Origin: Parcubacteria group bacterium LiPW_41
GTDB lineage: Bacteria; Patescibacteriota; Minisyncoccia; UBA6257; GWB1-50-10
Reading direction: 5' to 3'
DNA length: 64,000 nt
NCBI GenBank assembly: GCA_007375535.1
Contig: VMEM01000001.1
Span: 39,462-103,461, forward strand
In this document: in pieces, positions 26,478 through 37,974 of the stretch
Numbering within the stretch: position 1 is the stretch's first letter
Layout of the letters: each line of letters starts with the position of its first letter
Notes under the pieces: model-generated
What the model saw: only the letters and a program-made list of their open reading frames with translations
Databases searched by the model: none
Told to the model about the DNA's origin: nothing
Program-made: the position numbers and the translations under genes

Positions 26478-27929
26478 TCCAATTCGTGGAAACAATGGTG
26501 ATATTGGGTCGGATGGATTTTTGAGAATAATGCGAATCTTTTCTGCGGTTTCAGGAAGAAATGGGCGAAGCATCAATTCAATATCCCACAATTCATTTAC
26601 TAATTCAGAAAGTATCTCCTTTGCTTTTGCTTCATCGGTTTTTATTAACTTAAATGGTTCCGTCTCTTGAATCTTTTTGTCACACATGGAAATTTTGTTC
26701 CAAATCTCCTCTGCTGCCTTCTTTATTTCATATCTATCAAGCAATTCACGATAACTAACAAAGACTTCATCGTGAATGGAAACATTTTTTTGTATACTCA
26801 ATCCCGCATTTTGTGCCATCTTCATCGTTCTACTTACCAAATTTCCAAGACCATTTGAAAGTCCACTTGTATAATTCTCTGCACATTTTTCATCGGTAAA
26901 ATCTCCATCTTCAAACGTATTCATCTCTTTTGTTAGCCAAAATCGCAATCCATCTGTTCCAAATTTTTCAATTACTTCATAAGGATCAATAACATTTCCA
27001 AGAGATTTTGCCATCTTCTGTCCCGCGCTCACAATAAATCCATGAATAATAATTTGCTTTGAAGTTGGAACACCAGCGGACATCAACATCGCCTGCCACA
27101 TCGCTGATTGCTGTCTCAAATTATCTTTTCCAGCAATCTGAATAGCATTTAACAAATCTTTTGTCCCCCAATACCTATCAAACTGTTCCTTGTCCTCGGG
27201 CCATCCAAGTGTAGAAATATAATTTATAAGCGCATCAAACCACACATACATCACCTGATCCTCGTCATTAGGGACCGAGACACCCCATGGCATTTTTGAT
27301 TTAAGTCTCGAAATACTAAAATCAGAAAGTCCATTTTTCACAAAACTTTTTATTTCATTAAATCGAAAATCTGGAACAACAAAATCTGGATGTTTTTCAT
27401 AGAATTCGAGAAGCGCCTTTTCATAATTTGAAAATTTGAAAAAATAATTTTCCTCTTCACGATCCTCAAGCGTGAGATTTGGATGATCAGGACACACACC
27501 GTCTTGTAACTCGGAATCAGTTTTTTCAAGCTCACACCCAACGCAATATTTTACTTTGTATGTTTTTTTGTAAATATCCCCTTTCTCCTTACAAACGTTC
27601 CAAAAATATTGTGCCGCTTTTTTATGATGTGCGTCAGTTGTTCGGATAAAATGTATGTCTTTAGAAATATTTAATTTATCAAGAATCACCTTAAATTTTT
27701 CTGCATACTCATCTGCGTATGCTTGTGGGTCCATTCTCGCTTCTTTTGCTTTTGTATATATCTTTTGTCCATGCTCATCAGTGCCAGTATTAAAAAATAC
27801 CTCTTTTCCTAAAAGTTTTTGATATCGAGCTATGACATCTGCCTGTACAAATTCAAGTGCGTGCCCCATATGTGGCTTTGCATTCACATACGGCAATGTT
27901 GTTGTTATGTAAAAATATTTCTTTTCCAT
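26475..27929 (-). CDS. metG: Methionyl-tRNA synthetase, short form
   Basis: [11 protein letters not shown] (HIGH motif), KMAKSLGN and a zinc knuckle CVGC…CPDH. Confidence 0.85.
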   Translation of the reverse strand: MEKKYFYITTTLPYVNAKPHMGHALEFVQADVIARYQKLLGKEVFFNTGTDEHGQKIYTKAKEARMDPQAYADEYAEKFKVILDKLNISKDIHFIRTTDAHHKKAAQYFWNVCKEKGDIYKKTYKVKYCVGCELEKTDSELQDGVCPDHPNLTLEDREEENYFFKFSNYEKALLEFYEKHPDFVVPDFRFNEIKSFVKNGLSDFSISRLKSKMPWGVSVPNDEDQVMYVWFDALINYISTLGWPEDKEQFDRYWGTKDLLNAIQIAGKDNLRQQSAMWQAMLMSAGVPTSKQIIIHGFIVSAGQKMAKSLGNVIDPYEVIEKFGTDGLRFWLTKEMNTFEDGDFTDEKCAENYTSGLSNGLGNLVSRTMKMAQNAGLSIQKNVSIHDEVFVSYRELLDRYEIKKAAEEIWNKISMCDKKIQETEPFKLIKTDEAKAKEILSELVNELWDIELMLRPFLPETAEKIRIILKNPSDPISPLFPRIG

Positions 27930-27974
27930 ATATTTAAAATGCTCCGAAACATTCGGAGCACTAGTTTAATACTA

Positions 27975-28988
27975 TTAGTTCTCCAAAGATTTTCGTTTCT
28001 CTCCCACGTAGGTTACCACCTCTTCTGTTAATACTGCAATAGGAACTGCTAAAAGAACCCCAACAAACCCCGCAATCTGTCCACCAGCAAGTATCGAAAG
28101 AATTACCATAAGTGGGTGGACGCGCATCGCCTTTCCCATAACAAGTGGAATAAAAATGTGATTCTCTAATTGTTGTAATATCATAAAAAATACCAACGCA
28201 TATATTCCAAGAGAAAACGATTCAGAAACTGCAATAAGGAATGCAGCAGCACCAACAATGACCGGACCAATCATAGGAACAAGTTCAAAAATTGCTGCAA
28301 GAATTCCAATTACGAATGCATATGGAACCCCAAGCAACCACATCCCCCCTCCCGCTACAATACCCATAACCAAACAAAGAAGTAGTTGAGCAGAAAACCA
28401 TTTCCTAATTCTCTTTTTGAAATTATTAAACAGCGAAAGAGCTCCTTTTTCTTGTGCGTCAGGAACTAACGCTTTAATGACGCGCTCTAAAACTGCTGGA
28501 TCATAAGTTAAATAAAAAGAGGAAACAATTGTTGCAACAACAAGAAATCCTTGAAAAAACACCGAACTTACTGCGGAACCAATAGATGCCCCAGACAAAC
28601 CAATTGCTCCAAGCGCCTCTTGCCAATGTTGACTTATCGATTCAAATGGAAGCGATGGAATTTGAATCCCAAACAATGAATAAGAAACAGAACTAAAATA
28701 CGAAACAAAATTCTGAAATTCGCTTAATAAAATTGGAACAACAAAATATGCGGCAGTCGTAAGAATTATTATTCCAAATACAAACACTACAAAAGTTCCA
28801 AGAATTCGAGGAATCTTTCCTTTCTCAAGAAACGAAACAAAAGGATCAAGTCCGAGAGAAATAACCGCAGAGACAAGAAATACCGCGACCGCTGACCGAG
28901 CAATAATAAGAAAATAAATGATGGCAATAAATGCAGCAATTCGCCACATCGTCCCCCATCCTATTTCAAGTTTTCGTGTGTCTATCAT
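27975..28988 (-). CDS. AI-2E (PerM/YhhT) family transporter
   Basis: About 8 TM helices with family-typical topology. Confidence 0.6.
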   Translation of the reverse strand: MIDTRKLEIGWGTMWRIAAFIAIIYFLIIARSAVAVFLVSAVISLGLDPFVSFLEKGKIPRILGTFVVFVFGIIILTTAAYFVVPILLSEFQNFVSYFSSVSYSLFGIQIPSLPFESISQHWQEALGAIGLSGASIGSAVSSVFFQGFLVVATIVSSFYLTYDPAVLERVIKALVPDAQEKGALSLFNNFKKRIRKWFSAQLLLCLVMGIVAGGGMWLLGVPYAFVIGILAAIFELVPMIGPVIVGAAAFLIAVSESFSLGIYALVFFMILQQLENHIFIPLVMGKAMRVHPLMVILSILAGGQIAGFVGVLLAVPIAVLTEEVVTYVGEKRKSLEN

Positions 28989-30259
28989 TACACTTTTAGT
29001 ATATCACCAAAGGTTACATCCTTATAAGGACCAACCAAAGCTAAATTAAGTGTTTTATTCATGAAAAGTTCTTTTGCTAATGCCTGCACATCGCTCGCCT
29101 TCACTGCACGTATTTTCCTTGCAAGCGCCTCTGGTGTCTGTATTCCCGATTTCATAAGTGCCTGCATTCCATAATACATACAAAGCTGATCAGACGTCTC
29201 GATAGAAAGATAAAAATTTCCGATAAGATGTTCCTTCGCTCGATCGAGTTCTTCCTTGGTCACTAATTCTTTTTTAAGGCGACCGAATTCTTCAAGTGAA
29301 GCAGAAATAACTGCTCTGAGCTTTTCATGATTCACCCCAGCAGACATTGCAATATATCCATGATCAGTAAATAAATTTGCAAATGCTTGTATATAATATG
29401 CTGCACCAAGTTCTTCGCGTACTCGAGTAAATAATCGGGAGGCCATACCTCCACCTAAAATGTCTGCGAGTACTTGAAGTGTAAATCTTCGTTTGTCATA
29501 CATATCAAATGCCCGAAATCCTAGCATAAGATATGTCTGATCTGAATTATTAAAAGAAATAAGTTCTCTTGGTTTTCCTTGAAGTTCAGTTACAGGTTTT
29601 TTGTCAGCCTTTTTCCCTTTCTTCATCTCACCAAAAATTGCTTCAACTTTTTTATCAATGTTTTTGAAGTTTGCACCACCCGCAACAATAATAGTAGTTG
29701 CGCTTGGTACATAGTGTTGCGATCGATAAGAAATAAAATCTTCCCGTGTTATTTTTTGGATTATCTCTTTTTTACCAGCAATAGATCTTCCCGCTGGTTG
29801 ATCTCCATATAAAACCTCCATAAATACATTCGGAACTTTTCGCGGAGCAATATCCTCATACATATTTATTTCTTCAATAATCACCCCTTTCTCGCGCTCA
29901 AGTTCTTCAGAGTCAATAACTGGATTGAGATATAAGTCAGTAATAATATCTAAAGCATCACCAAATGATTCATTTTTTACTTTTGCATAATATCCAGTAT
30001 ATTCTTCTGCGGTAAACGCATTATAGTCTGCACCAAGTTGCTCAAGTTCACGCGCAATAGTAATTGGCTTTGGTCGCTTCGTTGTTCCTTTAAAACACAT
30101 ATGCTCCAAAAAATGAGAAATTCCATTTAAATTTTTCTCTTCATATTTTGATCCAGCTTCAACAAGCACCGCAACTGTTGTTGCCATATTTCCTTTTTGA
30201 GGAACAACTACTAAACGAATTCCATTTGAAAGTTTTTTCTGAATTACTTCGTGTGTCAT
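28988..30259 (-). CDS. M16-family zinc peptidase (insulinase-like)
   Basis: Inverted zinc motif HFLEHMCF (HxxEH). Confidence 0.8.
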   Translation of the reverse strand: MTHEVIQKKLSNGIRLVVVPQKGNMATTVAVLVEAGSKYEEKNLNGISHFLEHMCFKGTTKRPKPITIARELEQLGADYNAFTAEEYTGYYAKVKNESFGDALDIITDLYLNPVIDSEELEREKGVIIEEINMYEDIAPRKVPNVFMEVLYGDQPAGRSIAGKKEIIQKITREDFISYRSQHYVPSATTIIVAGGANFKNIDKKVEAIFGEMKKGKKADKKPVTELQGKPRELISFNNSDQTYLMLGFRAFDMYDKRRFTLQVLADILGGGMASRLFTRVREELGAAYYIQAFANLFTDHGYIAMSAGVNHEKLRAVISASLEEFGRLKKELVTKEELDRAKEHLIGNFYLSIETSDQLCMYYGMQALMKSGIQTPEALARKIRAVKASDVQALAKELFMNKTLNLALVGPYKDVTFGDILKV

Positions 30260-30329
30260 GAAGATAGTATATAAGGGTTAATGACTAGGGTCTAGTTTTT
30301 TTGAAAAACTTGCACTTTTCTTAGATATA

Positions 30330-30719
30330 TTGCATAGTTTATATATCATTCACAATTTAAAGAGGTGGCAAATGGAAACGAAAATTTCACTTAGCAAACT
30401 CGCCGCCATGCTTTACGGAGAAGAAGAATTAAAACAATCTGGTCTTACCGAAGCAGGGATCATTGAAAAAATAGGCGAAACATATAAAAACACTAGTGAT
30501 CCCGCAGAAAAAAAAGAAGCAGAGCGGATCCTTGTTGGGCTACTTGAAGATAAACGAATTACCAACAAAACAGAAATTCTTTTTTACCTTATGGTATGCG
30601 AACCTATTGAAGGCCATAAACAAATCATCAAAGACTATCTCCGACGACACAATAAAATTGCACAAACAATTCAAGACCTCATCATCGAGAGAGATGAATT
30701 GCCATGGCTCACACGATAA
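30330..30719 (+). CDS. Hypothetical protein
   Basis: 129-aa ORF. The likely start is METKISL at 30373. Confidence 0.4.
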   Translation: MHSLYIIHNLKRWQMETKISLSKLAAMLYGEEELKQSGLTEAGIIEKIGETYKNTSDPAEKKEAERILVGLLEDKRITNKTEILFYLMVCEPIEGHKQIIKDYLRRHNKIAQTIQDLIIERDELPWLTR

Positions 30720-30749
30720 AAATCCCCCGCTTTGCGGGGGTAATTATTT
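30719..30749. terminator. Terminator CCCCCGC/GCGGGGG
   Basis: GC hairpin with A/T flanks. Confidence 0.55.
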
Positions 30750-30978
30750 ATCCAACTGTTATATGAGGATTTCCGCCACACTTACTACACCTTGGTACAA
30801 ATACACCACCACCTCCATACTCAATATCAGCTCCACAACAACCGCTTTTTTCCATTATTACCCCACCCCGAAATTTCCTTGGATTACTTTTGATGTGGTC
30901 TGATAAAATTTGCCCCATTCTGGACCGCTCTCCTTTTTTCTTTAGTCCTCTTTTACTCTTTGAAATCTTTTTAGACAT
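30748..30978 (-). CDS. Small basic Cys-rich protein, possibly a zinc ribbon
   Basis: 76 aa with CC…C-x2-C at the C-terminus. Confidence 0.35.
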   Translation of the reverse strand: MSKKISKSKRGLKKKGERSRMGQILSDHIKSNPRKFRGGVIMEKSGCCGADIEYGGGGVFVPRCSKCGGNPHITVG

Positions 30979-31096
30979 ACCAACCTCACTATGTTAATGA
31001 TGTACTACTTATAATGTCTAAACACAAAAAAACAAGATTATTGAAATATTATTTGTTATAGATATAGTATTAGAAGAACATAAAAAAGAGGCGTTT

Positions 31097-31279
31097 ATGG
31101 AAAAGAAAAGAAGCAAAGAAGAAATTTTAAAATCTGCGAGAGAGCGTATAAAAAACGGAGAATTTCTGAAAGCACTAAAAGAAGAGACAAAGGGCGTAAA
31201 ATTATTTATAAAGTTTCTACACAACAAACGGACCCATGCTCGCCAAACAAAGCGCAGAGATATACCAATAGGAAACTAA
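31097..31279 (+). CDS. Small basic hypothetical protein
   Basis: 60-aa ORF followed by the terminator at 31281-31312. Confidence 0.3.
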   Translation: MEKKRSKEEILKSARERIKNGEFLKALKEETKGVKLFIKFLHNKRTHARQTKRRDIPIGN

Positions 31280-31318
31280 AAAAACCCCACTGATAGTGGG
31301 GTTTTTATTAACAATTAT

Positions 31319-32659
31319 TTACTGCAACTTATTTTTAATAAAATCGTGAATCTCCGAAATTTTTATTCGTTCTTGAGTCATTGCATCTCTATCACGAACA
31401 GTTACAGTGTCGTTTTCTAATGTTTCAAAATCCACTGTGAAACAAAATGGAGTTCCCGCCTCGTCCTGTGCACGGTATCGCTTTCCAATATTCCCACGTT
31501 CATCCCACGCAATCATCCACTCTTTTCGCAACTCATTGTAAATACCTCGAGCTTTTTCTACTAATTCTGGTTTGTTCGCAAGTAATGGAAATACTGCTGC
31601 CTTCATTGGAGCAAGTTTTGGATGAAGTTTTAAAACAATTCTCGTATCTCCTTCTTTCACTTCTTCCTCTCTATACGCATCCATTAAGAAGAAAAGAGTT
31701 GCACGGTCAACACCGCCTGAAGTCTCAATTACCATTGGCGTGTACCGCTCTTTCGCTTCTTCATCAAAATATGTCATGTCCTGCTTTGAATACTGTTCAT
31801 GACGAGACAAATCCCATGTTCCCCGATGATGAATTCCTTCCATCTCCCACCATTCATCACGCGCTTTATATTCAATATCAAATGCAGCCTTTGCATAATG
31901 CGCTAATTTCACATGCCCTTTAAATTGCAAATTTTCTTCGCGCATACCAAGTGACAAGTACCACTTTCTGCGCTCCTCCTTCCAATATTCAAACCACTTC
32001 ATTGATTCTTCATCATTTGGTTTTACATAAAACTGTAATTCCATTTGTTCGAATTCACGTGAACGAAAAGTAAAGTCACCAGGAGTGATTTCATTTCGGA
32101 ATGCCTTTCCAATTTGAGCAATACCAAAAGGAAGTTTCACTCGTGATGATGAAAGTACGTTTTTAAAATTCACATGCACACCTTGTGTAATTTCTCCACG
32201 TAAATATGTTTTTAATTTTTCCCCTTCGATAACCCCAAGATATGTTTCCACAAGCGTACTAAACCGCTTTGGCTCGGTTAATTCTCCACCACAATCAGGA
32301 CATTTGTATTCCGCAATATTAAAATTATTTGAGTTTAAAATTTCTTCAGGAATAATTTTGTCAGCACGAAATCGATGATGACATTTTTTACATTCAGAAA
32401 GTGGATCAGCAAACGACTCAGTATGTCCAGATGCCTCCCACACCTTTGGGTTCATAACAATTGCAGCATCAACTCCAACCACATCGTTGCGTATCTGCAC
32501 CATAGTCTTCCAATATTCATTTTTGAGATTTCGTTTTAGCTCAACGCCAAGTGGCCCGTAATCCCAAGTTCCTGCAAGCCCTCCATAGATTTCAGATCCT
32601 TGATAGATAAACCCTCTTCGCTTTGCGAGTGATGAAATTTTCTCGAAAATATCCATGGG
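31319..32659 (-). CDS. glyQS: Glycyl-tRNA synthetase, alpha2 type
   Basis: Class II GlyRS N-terminus MPMDIFEKISSLAKRRGF…WDYGPLG. The ORF extends to 32734. Confidence 0.85.
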   Translation of the reverse strand, partial: PMDIFEKISSLAKRRGFIYQGSEIYGGLAGTWDYGPLGVELKRNLKNEYWKTMVQIRNDVVGVDAAIVMNPKVWEASGHTESFADPLSECKKCHHRFRADKIIPEEILNSNNFNIAEYKCPDCGGELTEPKRFSTLVETYLGVIEGEKLKTYLRGEITQGVHVNFKNVLSSSRVKLPFGIAQIGKAFRNEITPGDFTFRSREFEQMELQFYVKPNDEESMKWFEYWKEERRKWYLSLGMREENLQFKGHVKLAHYAKAAFDIEYKARDEWWEMEGIHHRGTWDLSRHEQYSKQDMTYFDEEAKERYTPMVIETSGGVDRATLFFLMDAYREEEVKEGDTRIVLKLHPKLAPMKAAVFPLLANKPELVEKARGIYNELRKEWMIAWDERGNIGKRYRAQDEAGTPFCFTVDFETLENDTVTVRDRDAMTQERIKISEIHDFIKNKLQ

Positions 32660-32726
32660 CATAGTATAAAGTATAAATTCGTAAGTATAAAGTATAAAAA
32701 GACCCCCTATAATATGGGGGGTCAAA

Positions 32727-33083
32727 CTAATCATTTACCGTAATATCAATACCATTCATCCAATGTCCAGAAGAAACATCGATTTTCTCTATTGGATAAG
32801 CGTGGTACTTTCCGTCTTCAGAACGGCGAACTATCATTGTGAGAGTTCCTTCAGATTCTGGAAAAACTTCATAGCTTGGATTAATTTTGTACGTCTTCTT
32901 TCCAAACTCTTCAACACAACTCATTGCCCACGGAACGGTATATCCTGCGGTACTCATTCCCATATCAACTATTTTTGTTGGATACAAAACTTTTTTACTA
33001 TCTTCAAATGGATCTTTGCTTGTCGCATTAAAATAAATACCATATGAAATGATAGCAATAAATACAAAAATGAATAAATACAA
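32727..33083 (-). CDS. Hypothetical membrane-anchored protein
   Basis: N-terminal TM helix. Confidence 0.45.
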   Translation of the reverse strand: MYLFIFVFIAIISYGIYFNATSKDPFEDSKKVLYPTKIVDMGMSTAGYTVPWAMSCVEEFGKKTYKINPSYEVFPESEGTLTMIVRRSEDGKYHAYPIEKIDVSSGHWMNGIDITVND

Positions 33084-33259
33084 AGAAAATCAATATAATT
33101 TTGCCGCGTTCATTATTGTTCCTTTTTAATTGTTAATGCTTATATTATACACCCAAATTATAAAAAAGTCAATATTGCACAGAGGGACCAGTATTTCAGA
33201 AAAACCCTTTTAAAATGAGGGTTTTTCGCAAATCTATACATAATACCCACTACTTCATA

Positions 33260-35050
33260 CTATTGAACCACTTTTCCTCCTCCTGCCCCAACGGTAGAAT
33301 CGTCAGGAAGTGAGGTTGAGAGAGCAACATCACGAGCTAATAACTCCATATTGGTAAACTCATCAATTCCTTTCGCAATTGTTTCTTTCATAATCGGCAT
33401 AAATTGTTTCACTTGATCTTGTCTCGGAGTTGCGCGAACCTGAAATGTCGCTTCTAACATATCACTAATTACCCCGCGCCCCGATGGAATTCGTGGAATC
33501 TTCCACTTCATTGATCCCGAAACAGGATCAAATTCTGGTTTTGTTTCAATATTTGATTTTGAAGTTCCAGAAAACTGAACGCCACCTTCCAGTTCTCCAA
33601 CAATTTCAACATCTTTTATATCAGTCGCACCAGTCTCAAGTATCCAATGAATTGTGTACTCCGTTGGTTGTCCCGCTTTAGGAGGAAATGGACCGGTGTT
33701 TGCAATTCCAGAATCAGGATCTCGATATCGAAGTTCTGAGGCAACCCAAAGTGATCCGCCAATCTTTGTCTCTTTATTCGCAGACACTGAAGTTTTAAGC
33801 GTATTCATATATGGAGGAACCGAAGATGATTCTAATTTTGCCTGAGCAACTACAGAAAAATTTTTATCGCTCGCTTTTTTTATTGGAAATATATCTTTTA
33901 ATTTTATCGTTGCAGAAAGTTCTCCGCTTGCTCCAGCGCTTAAATATGCAAACGTTGGCACGTTTTTTGTACTCCACTCAATACTTCTTTCACGTTTATT
34001 AATAACCCCATCACCAGAAAGAGTTGCAGTATCGGCCATTACACCAGAAAAGGAAAGAGAAATAATAGTGTCTTTTAAAGCGATACCTGTCCGATTTTCA
34101 TACTGAATTGAATAGGTAAGTGTGTCTCCAAGTTTTGCAATATAATCTTGCACACCATTTACTGAGACGTTTAATGTTACTGGAGATGGTTGTGGTTCTT
34201 TTGAAGATTTTGATGAGGCAATTACATAATCTCTATCACCTAAAGAAACAACAAGAGATGCGGGGATGGTAAGTGGAGATGAATCATCTCCCTCATATGT
34301 CCCAGTTATCTCAATACTCCCTACTTCTCCTTTTTTTATTTTCGAAATTTTCCATCGATTATTTAATGAATCAGGATCTTGAGACGCATTATCAAAATGG
34401 AATGTATTTGGATATTCCACAGCAAGCCAAACATCATTTACATCAACTGGAGAAGAGTTTGAATATTGCAACTCAAGCGAAAACGGCGAACCGCGGACAA
34501 TCGAGTCTGGAAGTGCTACCGCAACACTTAACGGCTCACTATTTGTTTCAATTGAATATTTCGTTCCTGTTGGCTCAAATCGACTACCGCCCGCTCCCAC
34601 ATATGAAATTTTTGTTTCGATATCTCTCTTACTTCCCTTTTCATTTGTTGAAATAAGTGAAAAAGTTTTTTTTACAGACGTCCCACCTTGGATTATTCCA
34701 ATTGGTTCAGCAATAAGAGATCCCCCAGTGTTTACCTCTCGTATTCCATCGGGAAGTACAAGTGAAAGTTTTGACTCTGAAATCGCAATGTCTTGATCGT
34801 TTGAGACAACCGCAGTGACCGTAAATGGAATCCCCCGCATAATAGTCTTTTCTACCTGTAGTTCGACTCCAACAAAATTTGATTCCTTAAAAAGAAGAGA
34901 CCAAATAAGAAATCCACCACCAATAATTACTACACAAAAACAGGTTATAAAAAATATAAGTATCCACTTTATTATTGGGTGTTCCTCGCGATCTCTATCT
35001 TTCTGCTTTGTCGACTCGGCAAGTTCTTTTTCTAATTGCTCAAGTGCCAT
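33260..35050 (-). CDS. Large membrane-anchored extracytoplasmic beta-rich protein
   Basis: N-terminal TM helix and a repetitive Thr/Ser/Val-rich region. Confidence 0.55.
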   Translation of the reverse strand: MALEQLEKELAESTKQKDRDREEHPIIKWILIFFITCFCVVIIGGGFLIWSLLFKESNFVGVELQVEKTIMRGIPFTVTAVVSNDQDIAISESKLSLVLPDGIREVNTGGSLIAEPIGIIQGGTSVKKTFSLISTNEKGSKRDIETKISYVGAGGSRFEPTGTKYSIETNSEPLSVAVALPDSIVRGSPFSLELQYSNSSPVDVNDVWLAVEYPNTFHFDNASQDPDSLNNRWKISKIKKGEVGSIEITGTYEGDDSSPLTIPASLVVSLGDRDYVIASSKSSKEPQPSPVTLNVSVNGVQDYIAKLGDTLTYSIQYENRTGIALKDTIISLSFSGVMADTATLSGDGVINKRERSIEWSTKNVPTFAYLSAGASGELSATIKLKDIFPIKKASDKNFSVVAQAKLESSSVPPYMNTLKTSVSANKETKIGGSLWVASELRYRDPDSGIANTGPFPPKAGQPTEYTIHWILETGATDIKDVEIVGELEGGVQFSGTSKSNIETKPEFDPVSGSMKWKIPRIPSGRGVISDMLEATFQVRATPRQDQVKQFMPIMKETIAKGIDEFTNMELLARDVALSTSLPDDSTVGAGGGKVVQ

Positions 35051-35100
35051 ATATATCGATTATAACCCAAAGACAAGAATTCAAACATTTGGATAGAAAA

Positions 35101-35634
35101 CTACAATACAATAATATGTGACTCTGGTGTTTTTTCTCCACACTCAAAACATATAAATGAATGATTTTTTACATTAAATCCCACAACAAATGGTGCTGAA
35201 CATACATCACACTGCGCGTGATGTATGTCGTATCCCAATTGTGCAAGAGTCTCTTTTGGTGAAATGTTTCCTGTGTGCGCCATCTCTTCTAGCAGGCCCC
35301 ATAATCCATCATCGCGAACTTCTCGTGGTGTCAAAATATAAATCAAAGAAAGTGCACGCATTCCTGCACTCCACAAATTTGAATTTTTTCTTACAAGAGA
35401 GCAATGTGTGTGAGTTAATACATCAGTTACAGTGAAACCACTTCGCTTTGCAAGCCGAACAGTAACTTTCTGTAGCGGTTCAAGATGTGGAGCAAACTTC
35501 GAAAGTGGCTTTCTTCCACTTACCACGCGCGCCTCAATGCGTCCAAATTCCTCCGTAAACAAATGTGCGGTTTTATCAAAATCACGCGACGGAGTCACGC
35601 GAAGTGTGTATGCATTTGTCACAAAATCTTTCAT
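35101..35634 (-). CDS. recO: DNA repair protein RecO, short form
   Basis: OB-fold N-terminus and C-terminal zinc motif CDVC…CFEC. Confidence 0.6.
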   Translation of the reverse strand: MKDFVTNAYTLRVTPSRDFDKTAHLFTEEFGRIEARVVSGRKPLSKFAPHLEPLQKVTVRLAKRSGFTVTDVLTHTHCSLVRKNSNLWSAGMRALSLIYILTPREVRDDGLWGLLEEMAHTGNISPKETLAQLGYDIHHAQCDVCSAPFVVGFNVKNHSFICFECGEKTPESHIIVL

Positions 35635-35670
35635 TGCGTATTAATAATGGTAGTATAAATCAAGAAGTAT

Positions 35671-36414
35671 ATGAATGCATCTATTGTAATAAAAGCAAAA
35701 AACGAGGCTGACAAATTAGAAAAACTTTTTCGCATTCTCAAAAATCAAACGTATAATAATTTTGAAATTATTGTTATTGATAACGAATCAATTGATGACA
35801 CAAAAGAAATATGTAAACAATTTGATGCACAATTTGTAACAATATTAAATAAAGATTTTTCATATCCAAACGCGGCAAACCTTGGCGCGTCAATCGCAAA
35901 AGGAAAATTTATTGTTTTTCTCTCGGCCCACTCGTTTCCTCCAACAAAAACATGGCTTGCTGATGGATTAAAACATTTTGATGATAAAAGTGTAGCGGGT
36001 GTATATGGTCCAACATTTTTTTATAAAGACTCACCTTTTATCGAAAAATATATATGGTCTAAAAATTGGTTACAATGGAAGCTTCGTTTTTTCATTAAAT
36101 CCAAAAAAATTCGAAAGGGAGGAATGGGGGTTCTCGGAATGACAAATGCAATTATTAGAAAAGATTTGTGGAATGTACATCATTTTAATGAGGCATATGG
36201 AGCAGGAGGAGAAGATGGAGAATGGGCACAATATTTTTTTGACAAAGGATATGAGGTAGTATGGGATCCAAAATTTGCCGTCCGACATGCACACTATATA
36301 AAAACATGGAAACTAATGAAAAAACAATTTGAAGAATGGGGAAAAATGGGATCGCCCCAACCATTCAAAACTACCAACTTTGATTTTAGAGGAGATAAAG
36401 AAAAATTTTTATAA
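35671..36414 (+). CDS. Family 2 glycosyltransferase
   Basis: GT2 motif IVIDNESIDDT. Confidence 0.75.
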   Translation: MNASIVIKAKNEADKLEKLFRILKNQTYNNFEIIVIDNESIDDTKEICKQFDAQFVTILNKDFSYPNAANLGASIAKGKFIVFLSAHSFPPTKTWLADGLKHFDDKSVAGVYGPTFFYKDSPFIEKYIWSKNWLQWKLRFFIKSKKIRKGGMGVLGMTNAIIRKDLWNVHHFNEAYGAGGEDGEWAQYFFDKGYEVVWDPKFAVRHAHYIKTWKLMKKQFEEWGKMGSPQPFKTTNFDFRGDKEKFL

Positions 36415-37974
36415 CTATTTTTTTTGCGCAACACCTTTTGGTGTCACCCAAAATCCGAGTTTGAATTTTCCTCCTAACATCATGCGCGTTTGAGATTCAA
36501 GTGCGGGGATTGCGCTGAAAAAAATAAAAGTAACAGGAATCAAAAACCACTGAGCAAGATAATATATTACCTCATACCATTTATGTTTTTGGTTGTCCCG
36601 TGGAGGAAGAAGTCTAACGCTCAAAAACGCAGACGTTATAATTCCAAAAGTACTTAAGTTAATAATAAATCCAGTTATTTTTGGAAGATTATACGAAGTT
36701 ACCGTCTGATGAAATACTGCGCCGCCAAGCACATTAGGAAGGAAACCAAATAAAAATATAATAAACGAACTTGTTGCCCACGAATGAAATCCATCCAACA
36801 ACGTAAACGTCCAAAATATTTTTTTACGGAGCGACATTGTTTTGCTCTTCCAAAAATTTTTTAATACGTATGGAATATTTTCAATCCCCCATGCCCATCG
36901 TCGCTGCTGTTTGTAGAGATTTTTCATCGCTTGAAAAATTGTCTCTCCCTCAACAAGATCCATGTATACAGGATATAAAAGAGGAACCACTCGCCAATCA
37001 CCTTTATAGTGCTCAAAGCACTGGAAAAAGATGCGAGAATCTTCTGAAACAATATCAGTATGCCAAAACCCAATTTCTTGAAGCGCCTTTAATGGCATAC
37101 TATGTGAAGAAAAAGTTACCAGCTGTTCAGGACGTGCTTGCTGCATGAGCTGCCAAAACGTTGAACTGAATCCAATAAGTCGTGCAAATATTGGAACTTT
37201 ATGGATATTACTTGTAAAAACAGGAATTGGCTGATAACTCGATCGATCTGGATGTGGAGCAACACAGTATGAGTGTGTAAGTATTCCCAAATATTCCTTC
37301 CCAGGTCTAGTATCAATATCGAATACCGAAACAAGAAAATGTTCTATTGGAATTCCAGATGGCAACACAAGCTCAGAAATTGCTTTTCGAACTGCAAACG
37401 TTTCGTTTGATCCCTTTCCTGGAAGCTCACCGGGAATTCCTGCTGGATGTTCAACAACTGCAAATCCACCAAATTTTTCTTTAAACTCTTCGCGAACTCT
37501 TTCTGCTCCATCTTTCATTCCCCCGCGCTCTTCTGGAGCAAGTAAAATAAATATTTTCTCTGTTGGATAATTTATTTCAGTAAATGAAACAATTGTTTCA
37601 CGAATAACGTCATATGACTCTTTATATATCGGAAGAACAATTAAGTGCCGAATGTGTTCCCAAGAACACTTTTCTTCATTTAATTTTTCCACCCAATTCG
37701 TCGCAATATTTTTTTTCATCCGAGAAAACGAATATCGAAGATGAAAAAATAAATACACCGTTTTTAAGAACCAAAAAAGATCGTAAAGTACTATAAAAAT
37801 CGCTACTGCAAACGGCACCTTCCATGAAAGAAAAAGGAGCCCCAAGAGGGTTCCCCACGAAAGAATACCAATTAACATCTCTAAAAACCGATTCATAGAT
37901 ACAATAAATCCCCCAAGAGGAGACAACCCACAAGATACAATAAATATTCTTTTTTGTCTAATAAAAATCCCCAT
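36415..37974 (-). CDS. Integral-membrane processive GT2 glycosyltransferase (cellulose-synthase-like)
   Basis: DxD-like FDIDTRP and QxxRW motif YKQQRRWAWG, with multiple TM helices. Confidence 0.65.
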   Translation of the reverse strand: MGIFIRQKRIFIVSCGLSPLGGFIVSMNRFLEMLIGILSWGTLLGLLFLSWKVPFAVAIFIVLYDLFWFLKTVYLFFHLRYSFSRMKKNIATNWVEKLNEEKCSWEHIRHLIVLPIYKESYDVIRETIVSFTEINYPTEKIFILLAPEERGGMKDGAERVREEFKEKFGGFAVVEHPAGIPGELPGKGSNETFAVRKAISELVLPSGIPIEHFLVSVFDIDTRPGKEYLGILTHSYCVAPHPDRSSYQPIPVFTSNIHKVPIFARLIGFSSTFWQLMQQARPEQLVTFSSHSMPLKALQEIGFWHTDIVSEDSRIFFQCFEHYKGDWRVVPLLYPVYMDLVEGETIFQAMKNLYKQQRRWAWGIENIPYVLKNFWKSKTMSLRKKIFWTFTLLDGFHSWATSSFIIFLFGFLPNVLGGAVFHQTVTSYNLPKITGFIINLSTFGIITSAFLSVRLLPPRDNQKHKWYEVIYYLAQWFLIPVTFIFFSAIPALESQTRMMLGGKFKLGFWVTPKGVAQKK